Assembly (NCBI RefSeq): GCF_009914755.1
Contig: NC_060932.1
From: the human T2T-CHM13v2.0 reference genome, Homo sapiens
Reading direction: 5' to 3' (one strand)
Length of the DNA stretch: 64,000 nt
Of this stretch, positions 14,230 to 30,867 are shown one piece after another (within the stretch, counting starts at the first letter, position 1; every line of letters starts with the position of its first letter). The position numbers and the translations under genes are program-made. The notes under the pieces are model-generated. The model had not been told where the DNA came from. It did no database searches and saw nothing but the letters and a program-made list of their open reading frames with translations.

Positions 14230-14891
14230 TGTTGTGGGAAGTCAGGGACCCCAAATGGAGAGGGACTGGCTGGAGCCATGGCAGAGGAACATAAATGGTG
14301 AAGATTTCATGGACATTTATCAGTTCCCAAATAATACTTTTATAATTTCTTATGCCTGTCTTTAATCTCTTAATTCTGTTATATTCATAAGCTAAGGATG
14401 TACATCACCTCAGGACCACTGTGATAATTGTGTTAACTGTACAAATTGATTGTAAAACATGTGTGTTTCAACAATATGAAATCAGTGCACCTTGAAAAAG
14501 AAGAGAATAACGGCAATTTTTAGGGAACAAAGGAAGACAACCATAAGGTCTGCCTGCCTGCAGGGTTGGGCAAAAAGAGCCATATGTTTCTTCTTGCAGA
14601 GAGTCTATAAACGGATGTGCAAGTAGGAGAGAGATCGCTAAATTCTTTTCCTAGCAAGGAATATTAATAGTAATACCCTGGGAAAGGAACGCATTTTTTG
14701 AAGCCCTTAATAAAAACTTGCTCATCTGAGACTCAGGGGGCATCACGGTCCTACTGATGTGTAATGTCACCCGCAGCAGCCCAGCTGTAAAATTCCTCTT
14801 TGTAGTGTCTCTCTTTATTTCTCAGCTGGCTGACACTTATGGAAAACAGAAAGAACCTACATTGAAATATTGGGGGCAGGTTCCACCTATA
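14230..14891 (+). mobile_element. MER11 (HERVK11/HML-8) solo LTR, internally deleted
   Basis: TGTTGTGGGAAGTCAGGGACCCC...GAAATATTGGGGGCAGGTTCCACCTATA. Confidence 0.85.
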
Positions 14892-15003
14892 CTTCTTTCA
14901 TAGATTTACTTATTTTTTGTTTGTCCCCCTCTGTATCCTAGAAACTCCTGGAGGGCAGAGGCATGCCTGCCATCTTCATCATTGCATTACCACCACCCAA
15001 CAC

Positions 15004-16069
15004 TATCGGGGGACCTGCCCTGATAATCAGGTAGGTTCTTTTCTATTTTCCTAAGCGTCGACTGGCTTGAGAAATAAAAGGACAGAGTACAAAAGAGAGA
15101 AATTTTAAAGTTGGGTATCCGGGGGAGACAACACACATTGGTAGGATCCGTGATGCCCCACAAGCCACAAAAACCAGCAAGTTTTCATTAGGGAGTTTCA
15201 AAAGGGGAGAGAGTATATGAATAGGAGTGGGTGACAGACATCAAGTACTTAACAGGGTAATAGAATATCACAAGGCAAGTGGAGACAGGGTGAGATCACA
15301 GGACCACAGGATGGAAGTGAAATTAAAATTGCTAATAAAGTTTTGGCACCATTGTCATTGATAACATCTTATGAGGAGACAGGGTTTTGAGATCAACCCG
15401 TCTGACCAAAGTTTATTAGGCGGGAATTTTCTCTTCCTAATAAGCCTGGGAGTGCTGTGGGAGACTGGAGTTTATTTCACCTCTGCAATCTCGACCATAA
15501 GTGACAGGTACGCCCCGGGGGGCCAGTTCAGAGACCTACCCCTAGGTGCGCATTCTCTTTCTCAGGGACGTTCCATGCTGAGAAAAGGAATTCAATGATA
15601 TTTTTCCCATTTGCTTTTGAAAGAAGAGAAATATGGTTCTGTTCTGCCTGGCTCACCGGCGGTCAGAGTTTAAGGTTATCTCTCTAATTCCCTGAACAAT
15701 TGCTGTTATCCTGTTCTTTTTTCAGGGTGCCCACATTTCATATTGCTCAAACACACATGATGTACAATTTATGTACTTAACGCAATTATTACAGGTCCTG
15801 AGACGATATACATCCTTCTCGACTGACAGGATTAAGAGATTAAAGTAATGACAGGCATAGGAAATCACAAGGGTATTGATTGGGGAAGTGATAAGTGTCC
15901 ATGAAATCTTCACAATTTATGTTTAGAGATTGCAGTAAAGACAGGCATAAGAAATTACAAAAGTATTAATTTGGGGAACTAATAAATGTCCATAAAATCT
16001 TCATAATCCACGTTCTTCTGTCATGGCTTCAGCTGGTCCCTCCATTTGGGGTCCCTGACTTCCCGCAAC
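15004..16069 (-). mobile_element. MER11 solo LTR, near full length
   Basis: reverse complement starts TGTTGCGGGAAGTCAGGGACCCC; TSD CAACAC/CAGCAC. Confidence 0.88.
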
Positions 16070-16477
16070 ACAGCACAGTGCCTGGCACAAAAGAGTTGCT
16101 CAATAAATAAATCAGGATGAATAGATAAATACACGGATAGGCACTTTGAACTACAGATGAGCTTAAATACTTTGTGTTTTTCTTAGTCAAACATGTGCAA
16201 TGAAGCATGTGATAAATGTTATGATGAGCATACCTGTGTCTTGCCTGATGTTCTTTGCAATCACTAAATGAAGTCAATTGTGCCTGTTTTGACAGTTCTA
16301 TTTTCAACCTAATGATCTGTTTATTTTAACTTCTGGCTGTTGGCTTTGTTTGGGTTTTTTAGCCTGACAAAGTGGTAGATATTGGTATTTGCTCTTTTGT
16401 TTAAATGTCACGAACTTTAAAAATGCCTTTGCTTTTGGTAAGAAACCCTAGTTAGGACACCCTAGCGGTCAGGATGA

Positions 16478-16833
<356 letters not shown>

Positions 16834-17258
16834 TGAGGCTTATTCTTGGTCACGTTGCATGTCTGGGCTGTGTTAGGGCATTCTGGGGTGGTCTGTTCAT
16901 TGTGTTCACTCAGGGATCCAGGCTGACAAAAGCCCCATCTCTGCATGTGTCCTTGATCTCCACTTCAGGGCAAAGGGAATGTGGTGGATCATAAAGCAAC
17001 CTCTTAACACTTCCACCTGGAGGTGACTCAAGTTGCTGCTGCTCATGGTTCATTGGACAAAACGGATCACAGAGTCATGGGCAACTTCTCTGTGCCTGGA
17101 AGGGGAAACAAAATATGAATAGCCACATTGATTTTCCCTAGATATTACACAGAAGGCCTCATTTAAACACTGTTACTTATTTGTGTTTTGAAGCTAATTG
17201 TAGTCCATCAAACTTCACAGAAGATATGTGCACTTCCAAGCTATTATTAAGCACAATT

Positions 17259-17564
17259 CTTTTTTTTTTTTTTTTTTTTTTGAGACAGAGTCTCACTCTC
17301 TTGTCCAGGCTGGAGTGCAGTGGCATGATCATGGATCGCTGCAACTTCTGCCTCCTGAGTTCAAGTGATTTTCATGCGTCAGCCTCCCAAAATGCTGGGA
17401 TTACAGACACCCACCACCACGCCTGGCTAAGTTTTGTATTTTTAGTAGAGATGGGGTTTCACCATGTTGGCCTGGCTGGTCTGGAACTCCTGACCTCAGG
17501 TGATCCACCTGCCTCGGCCTCCCAAAGTGCTGAGATGACAGGCGTGAGCCGCCGCACCCGGCCT
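17259..17564 (-). mobile_element. AluS
   Basis: dimer with polyT. Confidence 0.95.
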
Positions 17565-17639
17565 TGAGTACGATTTTTGATTTGGAAGGTCAGAGTTAGG
17601 GTTTTAGTCTGAGGACTGTATGATGTGAAGGTGAAAAGC

Positions 17640-17775
17640 AGAGCTTGGCTGTGAGTTTGCTGGGATTCCTGTGCTGCTTCTACAGCTCTTTGGCTGTGTG
17701 ACCATCACTTTTGGCAAGTTCCTTTACCTTTCTATGTGTTGGTTTCCTCATCAATAAAATGGAAAAACTAATCAT
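17640..17775. mobile_element. MIR
   Basis: GGCAAGTTCCTTTACCTTTCT..GGTTTCCTCATCAATAAAATGG core. Confidence 0.65.
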
Positions 17776-17837
17776 AATCATAATAGCTATTGGTGTTGGG
17801 ATAGCCCAGTGGTTGACACATAAGGACTCAAACATAC

Positions 17838-18133
<296 letters not shown>

Positions 18134-18501
18134 TCAAAAATACTATTATTAATTTTGGGGGGCAGTTATTATATTTTGTGAAAATCAGAGTTCAGTACCT
18201 TGTAACACTGAGTTGGGATCTATCCCTGAAGGAACAGGCTTCTAAAGAGGAAGGCATCGAGAGAGGGGCAAAATTTTAGTGGACGCTGTAATGACTTTAG
18301 GTATATGGACCTGGGGCAGAGTTCTAGCTGGGGCCACCAGGTAGCAAGGTGGACTTTGCTAAATTCTATCACTTTCCTGGGCCTCAGACTCACTTGTTAC
18401 AAATGGGATTAAAACATCCCTCTTTCAGGGCTAAGATAAAGATGATTAAGTAAGAGGGAATGAAAGCAACTTCCATCAATGGTCAAAAGTATTCATTTAA
18501 C

Positions 18502-18794
18502 TTTTTTTTTTTTTGAGATGGAGTCTCTCTCTGTTGCCCAGGTTGGAGTGCAGTGGCATGGTCCCGGGTCACTGCAACATCCACCTCCTGGGTTCAAGTG
18601 ATTCCCTTGCCTCAGCCTCCTGAGTAGCTGGGACTACAGGTGCATGCCACCACGCCTGGCTAATTTTTGTATTTTTAGTAGAGACGGGGTTTTACCATGT
18701 TGGCCAGGATGGTCTCGACCTCCTGACCTTGTGATCCACCCACCTTAGCCTCCCAAAGTGTTGGGATTGCAGGCATGAGCCACCATGCCTGGCC
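18502..18794 (-). mobile_element. AluS
   Basis: dimer; TSD CATTTAACTT. Confidence 0.95.
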
Positions 18795-18809
18795 CATTTA
18801 ACTTCTATA

Positions 18810-19375
18810 TTATTTTCCTGTTGGTGGATTTACCAGTGCAAACTGAGCAGCTTAAAACACCATCCAGTTATTATCTGTTTCCATGAGCCAAGGCTCTGGG
18901 CAGGGTTTAACTGGGTCTTCTATTCCGGGTCACAATACTGCAACCAGAGTGTCAGCTGGGGTCTCATCAGATGCTCAGTGTCCTCTTCCAAGCTTATTCA
19001 GTTTGTGGACTGAATTCAATTTCTTGCAATTGTAGAACGAAGGCCCTCAGCTCCTAGAGCTGCCACCTCCAAAGACAGTTCACAGCATGGCCATTTTTGT
19101 CTCCTTGGAGGCTAAGGGTTGAATCTCTGAAACTTCACCTTTAAAAGACTCACCTGATTAGGTCTGGCCCACCTAAGATCATCCTGCTTTGGATGAACTC
19201 AAAGTCAGCTGAGCAAATGTGCTTAACAAAGCAAGTGTGACCATAATCACATTTGCAAAATTCCTTCCCCTTGGCCAAATCACAAGCTCTGCACACACTC
19301 AAGAAGAGATGATACAGGGAGCAGATATAAGGGAGTGGTTCTCTTGGGGGCTGTCCTAGAACTCTGCCCATTACA
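18810..19375 (-). mobile_element. MLT1 MaLR LTR
   Basis: CACCTGATTAGGTCTGGCCCACC...ATAATCACATTTGCAAAATTCCTT. Confidence 0.7.
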
Positions 19376-19505
19376 ACTTCCTTCCTCGAGGAACAGCAGG
19401 CCTGGGGAGAGATGATCACGGATGAGAGCAGCCCACAGGTTGTGAGCGCCAGGTGCTGGAGTAGGATGCAGGAGGCTGACAAGCAAGTATGAAAAGCCTT
19501 CACTG

Positions 19506-19662
19506 GGCTGGGTGGAGTGGCTCACACCTGTAATCCCAACACTATGGGAGGTCGAGGTGGGCGGATCACGAGGTCAAGAGATCGAGACTATCCTGGCCAA
19601 CCAACATGGGGAAACCCCGTCTCTACTAAAAACACAAAAAATAGCTGGGAGTGGTGGCACAC
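19506..19662 (+). mobile_element. Alu left arm, 3'-truncated
   Basis: GGCTGGGTGGAGTGGCTCAC...; stops after GGTGGCACAC. Confidence 0.85.
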
Positions 19663-19837
19663 GTCTCTAACAACCCAGCTCCCAAGTAGCAATTCCTGTC
19701 CCTTTTAAGGGCTCACAACCCTAAGGGGGTCCGCGTGAGCGGGTCGTGATCATGAGAGTCGTGATCGATTGACCAAGAAGGGAGTACGTGACTGGGGGCT
19801 GCATTCAGCAAACCCCATCTCTACTAAAATAGCAAAA

Positions 19838-20803
<966 letters not shown>

Positions 20804-20819
20804 ACCAATGACTTTCTTA

Positions 20820-21245
20820 TAACCAAGAGAATATGGCAGAGGTGATGGGATGTAGTGATTATGTTAGATAGGATGTTAAGTTGTCTTGCTAGGAGGTTAT
20901 CTTGCTGGCTTTGAAGATGTGAGCTGCCATGTCATGAGTGGCCAGATGGAGAGGCCCATGTGGCAAGAAGCTGAGGACAGCAAGAACCTGGGGCCCTGAG
21001 TCCAGCAGCCTGCAAGGAACTGAATGCTGCCAACAACCAGATGAGCCTGGAAGCAGATCAATCACCAGTCAAGCCTCCAGATGAGAACTGAGCCCTGGCT
21101 GACATTATGGTTGTAGCCTTGCACTGAACCCAGCTGAGTCACGCCTGGATTCCTGACCCACAGAAACCACATAGTGATAACTGTGTGCTGTCTCAAGCCA
21201 CAAAGTTTGCAGTAATATTGTTGCACAGCAATAGATAACTAATAT
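20820..21245 (+). mobile_element. MLT1 LTR
   Basis: GGAACTGAATGCTGCCAACAACC...GCAGCAATAGATAACTAATA-like end. Confidence 0.75.
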
Positions 21246-21538
21246 GAAAACTGTCCTACATCATGTACATTACTGAGTGAAATGTAGAACCTGGATTTAA
21301 GCTCTGATTTCAGAGTTGTGGTTTCAGTCTCCCCAGGGAGACCTGTCCTGGGAGACAGTTATGCCAGGCTGTGATGCTGTGATGATTGTTCTCTTCCTAC
21401 CCAGAAGCTTTCAATAGGCATGTCAAGCATGTGACCCCAGCTACATATACCAAATATATTTCTGACAAATGACAGGACATCATGAGCTTTCTTGTTTTAC
21501 TGAGAGCTCCATAAAGGAAGGATCATCTCTGTCTCTTT

Positions 21539-21579
<41 letters not shown>

Positions 21580-21850
21580 GTCTCACTCTCACCCAGGCTG
21601 GGGTGTAGTGGTGCGATCTCGGCTCACTGCAGTCTCTGCCTCCTGGGCTCAAGGGATTCTCCAGCCTCAGCCTCCTGAGTAGCTGGGATCAAAGGTGTGC
21701 ATCACCGCACCCAGCTAATTTCATATTTTTGGTAGAGACGGGGTTTACTCATGTTGGCCAGGCAGATCTTGAACTCCTGGCCTCAAGCGATTCGCCTACC
21801 TCGGCCTCCCAAAGTGCTGTGATTACAGGCATGAGCCAATGCACCTGGCC
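21539..21850 (-). mobile_element. Alu
   Basis: dimer with long polyT. Confidence 0.93.
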
Positions 21851-22180
21851 TGTCTTTTTTATGTTATGTCCATGTGAAACAGCCCAGTGGTCAGCACACA
21901 AAGGGGTCCAAATGTGAAAGGAAAGGGCAAACACGGGAAACCTAGGGGTGTTCAGAAATAGTTCCCAGGTCATTGCCTGTTTCAATATGTACAGTCCTGG
22001 GCCACACGCACAAGATTCTGTCTTAGCAGGTCAGAGTTAGAGATGGGGAGCTACCTGGTTACGAGGGATCCCAGTGCATTTTGAGGCAGCTGGTTGTTAA
22101 GACTGCATTGTAAAAATTACAACCCAAAGATGTGAACGGAAACAGAAAGACATTGGCAGGCTAGAAAACAACACAAGTAA

Positions 22181-23152
<972 letters not shown>

Positions 23153-23349
23153 AAGCAATGGATACGATTGGGTGCAGATGAAATAAGGCAGCCAGGGGCA
23201 GGAGGGACGTCTCATTGAAGACGACTATTTGTGGATGCCTAGCAGGGGTGGGGAGGAGGTATGATAACAGCAACCCCAATCCCAACACTGCGTGACCGAT
23301 TTTATCTTCAGCCAGCTGATACGCCTCATGGGGTTTGGACACAGGACAA

Positions 23350-23587
<238 letters not shown>

Positions 23588-23683
23588 TGACTTTCCACCT
23601 CCAGAAAATCCAACCTTTTCCCAAGTCACAGTGGGACACCCCGGAGATAATTTGAGAGAAATATGCTTTTAAAAACAACTCAA

Positions 23684-23980
23684 GGCCAGGCGCAGTGGCT
23701 CACGCCTGTAATCCTAGCACTTTGGGAAGCCGAGGCGGACAGATCACGAGGTCAGGAGATCAAGACCATCCTGGCCAACATGGTGAAACCCCGTGTCTAC
23801 TAAAAATACAAAAAATTAGCCGGGCATGGTGGCACATGCCTGAAAGCCCAGCTACTAGGGAGGCTGAGGCAGGAGAATCGCTTGAACCAGGGAGTCAGAG
23901 GTTGCAGTGAGCCGAGATCGCACCACTGCACTCCAGCCTGGCGACAGAGAGAGATTCCGTCTCAAAATAGATAAATAAAA
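23684..23980 (+). mobile_element. AluSc-like
   Basis: full dimer. Confidence 0.95.
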
Positions 23981-25043
23981 CCCTCCGATATGAACACCAA
24001 ACTAGAATCATTCCACTGATTTCCCTCCGCCAATCAGGGGGAGTTATGGTGATGGTGCATGAGTGTCTATTTGCATTGAGTCTTAATGGAAAAAAAGGTT
24101 GTGTCACTCAAAGGAAAAACAAATCACAGCCCAGACTGGAGCTGTGGATTAATAACATGGCTGAGTGTTGGTACAGGCTTTCCACAGCAATATTAAAACT
24201 GAAAAAATCAGCAATGAAGCTCCCAGCCACATTTCTGCCAAATGATTTGGGGGAAAACAACAGAGGCACTCCTCAACTTTTCCTTCGCTGCACAAAGTGG
24301 GTTTGGCTGGAAATGCCAAGTGTACTTGTTGCTAGGATCTTTCAAATGAAAGCAAGCTGGGAGTCAACCTCCTGCAGCCGCAGGTCAGAAATGGGTTTAG
24401 ACCAAACTAGTATAGTAACACTGGTGCACATCGAAACAGATTTAACTCCCTCCCAGCAATCCAGATTAATTTAATATGCTTTCTTATTGGCATTCTGCAT
24501 TTTTCATTAAAGCAAATAAACATCCATCCCTCTGTGATAAGTTAGGGCAAAAAAAAAAAAAAATTCATATGTTTAGGTCATAGGGAAGGAGGAATTGTTG
24601 GCTGTTAAAAAAATACTGCAAATGGCCTTTGAAAGTCTAGACATCTTCATCATAAACACAAACATTCCTCTTCACAAAGGGACTTCAAGTAACCTTAGGC
24701 TGGAGGGCCCACTTGAGTATGTTTTTCTTCTCATTCTTTCTTACCTTCCCTCCAGCCAACCCAACCCACATTCAGTGACCAAGTCACGTGGGTTTTACCT
24801 CCTAAATCTTTTCAGATCCGTTCACTGCTCAGCCACTCTCCTGACACCACCATAAACCAAGCCACCATCACCTCCAGCTGTTTGACTGCAAAGGCCTCCT
24901 CACTGGCCTCTGTCTTCCCCTGGCCCTGTGACAATCTGCACTCCTCACAGGGACCAAAGCGATCACTTCAGAAGGTGCATCCAAACCGATCACTCGCTTT
25001 CAATGGCTCCCTCTGCTGTGTGGGTTGACAACGATAAAAGCTC

Positions 25044-25375
<332 letters not shown>

Positions 25376-25602
25376 CTATCTCAGTCCATCCCTACATCAG
25401 CCCTTTATTTCACCAGTGGGGAAGCTGGGACACAGAGTAGTTAGGTGGGATGCCCAAGGTGGGACCACTCGTGTGAAGTTTCCACACCCTAATGTGAGAC
25501 CCTCCATGACCTAGCCCCTCTCTTTCTCCAGCCTCATTTCCTGATTCTCTCGCTTGGCCTGCAGGCTTCAGCCACACAAACTTCTTTAAAGTCCCTTAAA
25601 TC

Positions 25603-25896
25603 TGGCTGAGCGCAGTGGCTCACACCTGTAATCTCAGCACTTTGGGAAGCTGAGGCGGCTGGATCACCTGAGTTCAGGAGTTCGAGACCAGCCTGGTCAA
25701 CATGGTGGAACCCCATCTCTACTAAATATCCCAAAATTAGACAGGTGTGGTGGATGGCACCTGTAATCCCAGCTACTCGGGAGACTGAGGCAGGAAAATC
25801 GCTTGGACTCGGGAGGCACAGGTTGCCATGAGCCAAGATCGCACCACTCCACGCAAGCCTGGGCGTCAAGAGTGAAAGTCCGTCTCAAAAAAAAAG
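25603..25896 (+). mobile_element. AluS
   Basis: TSD GTCCCTTAAATCT. Confidence 0.95.
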
Positions 25897-26045
25897 GTCC
25901 CTTAAATCTGCTCTATGCCTACCAACCTCAGGGACTTCACTATGCTGTTTCTCACCCTGAAATGCTGTTCCTCATTTCTCTACATAGTGAACTCATCCCA
26001 CCCTCTAGGCCTCTCCTTAAGTGGCATCACTTCAAGGAAGATTTT

Positions 26046-26810
<765 letters not shown>

Positions 26811-26964
26811 AAAGAAAGCCTTTCCTCACCCTGTGAGACTGAGCTCCCTCTCTCCATTTATACATTCTCTTTAAGCCCTTTGCTTCTCTTTCAGAGCAAT
26901 TCACGTTGACCTGGGTCACCCTCAACTTAAGGCTCATAACTCCCCTAGATCCTCAGGGTCCACA

Positions 26965-27206
26965 CTAAGTGTGATGAAATATGATGCAAGCCACATATTT
27001 ACATTTGCATTTTGTAATAACCACATTTTAAAAAGTAAAACAAAAGAAGTGAAGGTAATTGGAATAATATCACAGATTTAAACAAATCTATCCAAAATAC
27101 CAGGTCTACATGTATAAAATTTTTTAACAGTAACAAAATACTTTGCTTTCTTTTTATATTAAGTCTTCACAATCTAATGTGTATTTGACACTTCTCGCAC
27201 ATTTCA
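26965..27206. mobile_element. MER33-like hAT DNA transposon
   Basis: ATATGATGCAAGCCACATA..AACCACATTTTAAAAAGTAAAA..GTGTATTTGACACTT..GCACATTTCA. Confidence 0.65.
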
Positions 27207-27207
27207 G

Positions 27208-28005
27208 AATGATGGCAGCAGCCCATATGGGGGGCCCGCCCATGATGCCAAAGATGGGCCCTCCTCCTCCTGGGATGATGCCAGTGGGACCTGCTCCTGG
27301 AATGAGGCCGCCCATGGGAGGCCACATGCCTGTGATGCCTGGGTGCCCAATGATAAGACCTCCTGCCCGTCTCATGATGGTGCCCAGTCAGCCCAGAATG
27401 ACTCGACCAGACAGATAAGGATAGAGGGGAGGCCTCATTGCATCAGTGTTGTTTTGTTGTTGTTATTGTTGTGTTTTTTTTGTTTGTAATGTTTTGTTTT
27501 GTTTTTGAGACAGAGTCTTCCTCTGTCGCCTAGGCTGGAGGGCAGTGGCATGATCTCAGCTCACTGAAACCTCCACCTCCCGGGTTCAAGCGATTCCCCT
27601 GCCTCAGCCTCCTGAGTAGTGTGGGACTACAGGCGTATTCACCATGCCCGGCTAATTTTTTTTATTTTAGTAGAAACGGGGTTTCACCATGTTGGCCAGG
27701 ATGGTCTCAATCTCCTGACCTCGTGACTCGCTCGCCTCAGCCTCTGAAAGTGCTGGGATTACAGGTGTGAGCCACTGCGCCTGGCCTATGTGAATTTTAT
27801 ATTTACCTGCTCCCTTCACCAGGAGATCATGCTGCTGTGATGTCGAGTTTTCTTAACAGCATAAGGAAGACTTGCCCTCTTGCCCTATCAAAGAGAATAG
27901 TTTTGGAGGGGAGAAGTGGGACCAAAAAAGATGCAGTTTTCATTTGTATTGGGAAATGTGAAAATAAAATTGACAACTCTTTTAGTTAAAAACAAAAAAA
28001 AGAAA
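27208..28005 (+). pseudogene. SNRPC: Processed, 5'-truncated SNRPC (U1-C) pseudogene
   Basis: [36 protein letters not shown]...MTRPDR* equals the U1-C C-terminus; 3'UTR with AATAAA (27963) and A-rich tail; Alu inserted in 3'UTR. Confidence 0.92.
27475..27786 (-). mobile_element. Alu within SNRPC pseudogene 3'UTR
   Basis: dimer with (TTTTG)n tail. Confidence 0.93.
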
Positions 28006-28749
28006 AGGAAACAAGATGTGGGGCTGCCATATGTAATACCGTGGATTCCACGGATCTTCTACTCTGGAGGCAAATATTATCTTTGCTGAAGCCAGACCAA
28101 CCTGACACAAAGACCTTTTGTTTTTTTAATGTGACTGTGTTTTATTTTAGAATGTGTAATTCACTTTAGAAGGGCAAAGTACCTGTCTGGGGAAGACTAT
28201 TTAATTTCCTGCATTTATTTAGAATGTTGGCTGATGTTATTATGAAGGGAAACAGCTCTAACAACTGAGTGCCCCCCACATAGCCACAGCTCATGAGTTC
28301 ACGGGGCAAAGGAAATGAACAGCAGCCTCCTAATAGCCAGCCTTCTTTGTGATGTGGAAATAATTATCAGCATGTAAAAGACTATATATATATTCAACAA
28401 TTCTGATCCCCTGAAAAATTCAAATCTACAACTGATTTGCTTCCTGGGCTCCTGAAAACAACTTTGTCAAAATTGTTCAGAAATATAATCAGCCAATCGT
28501 TGCCCCTTGGGGACGCAGGATAAAGCAAGTCAGCCATGACCAATGAGGAGTCGGCCGTGCACAATTACATGCAGACCTGCAGGACATCGAGTCCCTGCTA
28601 TGGTCCCTCCCCAGTCAGGCCCCCATTGCCTGGGCTGCAGCCAGAAGCATTCAGGCACAAGTGCATTCAACAAATACTTATTTAATTGTATTGGTGGTTA
28701 GAGGGTTGCGATTGATTAAGGTACATTAATGGATCCGTGTCCTCCCTGT

Positions 28750-29132
28750 ATCCAAGATTCTGCCATTTGTCTCTGCAGTTCCTCCCACTGAAGAATCGGA
28801 GTATATTTCTCCAGTCCCTAATGTTGGGTTTAGTCATGTGTCTAGCTTTGGCCACTGGAATATTAATCTGTATGACCAAAAACTTGGAAAGTGTGAATTC
28901 ATTTCTGCTCACTCACTCCTGCTATCACCATGAGAACAAGCCCAGGCCAGACTGCTGCTTCCAGCAGAAGAGACAACAAGAGCAACGTCGAGCTTCCCAG
29001 ACATGCTCATGCTAGATTGACCAATCCTCAGCTGACCCATAGATCCATGAAAATAAACGATTGTTGTATTAAGCCACTGAGATTTGGAGTGACTTGTTAT
29101 GCAGCATTTTGTGACAACAACTAACTGACACA
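28750..29132 (+). mobile_element. MLT1 LTR
   Basis: AATAAACGATTGTTGTATTAAGCCACTGAGATTTGG..CTAACTGACACA end. Confidence 0.7.
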
Positions 29133-29307
29133 AGAGTCACCGTCCTTTATCTCTGTAGATTTTAACCAATTTTAATAGCTAGATGGAGATCTTCTAGTTG
29201 CCTTTATTTATAATGAATATGACTGTAGAGCTAGTTTGGCCTGACACTACCAGTAACCTACCCAGAAATTCAGAAATACTTTCTTCTCCAACCCGCCCCA
29301 ACCAACT

Positions 29308-29600
29308 TTTTGTTTGTTTGTTTTTGGGTTCTCCCTCTTTGCCTAGGCTAGAGTACAAATGGTACAGTCAGAGCTCACTGTAGCCTCAAAATCCTGGGCT
29401 CAAGTGATCTTCCCCTTCAGCCTCCTATGTAGCTAAGACTACAGACATGTGCCACCATGCCTGGCTAATTTTTTTATTCTTTGCAGACAGAGGGTCTCAC
29501 TATATTGCCCAAGTTGGTTTCAAACTCCTGGCTTCAAGCAGTCCTCCTGCCTCACCCTTCCAAAGTGCTAGGATTATAGGCATGAGCCACCACACCCAGC
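29308..29600 (-). mobile_element. AluJ
   Basis: CTCACTGTAGCCTC..CCTGGGCTCAAG. Confidence 0.9.
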
Positions 29601-29689
29601 CTCTTCTTCTTTTTAAATAGAAACCTTGTTTTATTCTGACAGTGGGTTGCTTTTTTTTTTTTTTTTTTTTAAAGAAAAAGTTGGCCCAG

Positions 29690-29928
29690 CCCCAGGGAAT
29701 AAATTTTGACTGCTCTAAACAACCACAGACCAAGGGCCAAATCTGGCCCTCTGACTGTATAAATTAAGTTTTACTGGAATAAAACCAGGTCCATTGATTT
29801 ATCCATTGTCTACATACGCTTTTAGGCTACGATGGCACCACTGTGTCACTACAAAAGAGGTTATCTAGACAAAAAGCCTAAAATATTACCGTTTGCCTCT
29901 TTATGGAAAAAGTTTGCCATTCCCTAGT
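29690..29928. mobile_element. MER58 DNA transposon
   Basis: GGGCCAAATCTGGCCC..AAGCCTAAAATATTAC..AAAAGTTTGCC. Confidence 0.7.
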
Positions 29929-30544
29929 CTAAGGTTTAGATTCTGAGCTTATCATGTTATCCTACCCCCCCTCACCAGTGACTGGCTCAAAACAAGTCTG
30001 TGATTCCATTCTGACTGTTCTACTGAGGGAATTCCGCCTTCTTCTCATGCAGAGCTGATGAGGGTAAGTTGTATTAATAGGACATATGCTCAGGTTTTCT
30101 GAAAAATACTTTTATCTAGAAATGCATAGGAATATGCTGGTGCCTGAATGTACCATCCGGGGACCTGGAGATTGACTCACCTGCCTCCAGAGCTGGTGCT
30201 CACACTTACTACTGAGAGGCCTGAGGAAACGCCTGCCTACCCACCACCAGAACCTGTATAGGTCACCTGGAGAACTAGAGATCAGCCTGCCACACACACC
30301 ACCCAGGAGCCCAGTGGTGCACCTGCCCATCTGGCCCACTGCCAGCAACCAAAGAAGCCACCTGGAGTCCCAGGGATTGGCCCACACAGACAGGCTATCA
30401 TCAGTGCCCACAAACGCTGCCCATGGTCCCTAGTATTGACACACCTGGTCCACCGCCACTACCACTGATGCTGAAGGACAAGACTTCCTGGCATCCCCAT
30501 CCTCAGCAAAGCCTCACCACAGCCTCCAATAACAACTGCAGTCT

Positions 30545-30867
<323 letters not shown>

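Larger units (their letters stand above)
13560..16130 (+). mobile_element. L2 3' region split by two MER11 LTRs
   Basis: GGCCTTTGCACTTGCTG..., 3' end CAGTGCCTGGCACAAAAGAGTTGCTCAATAAATA..GATGAAT. Confidence 0.7.

Noticed and set aside
24046-24474. 142-aa ORF in non-repeat sequence
   Set aside because: No recognisable homology or exon structure; length is compatible with chance.
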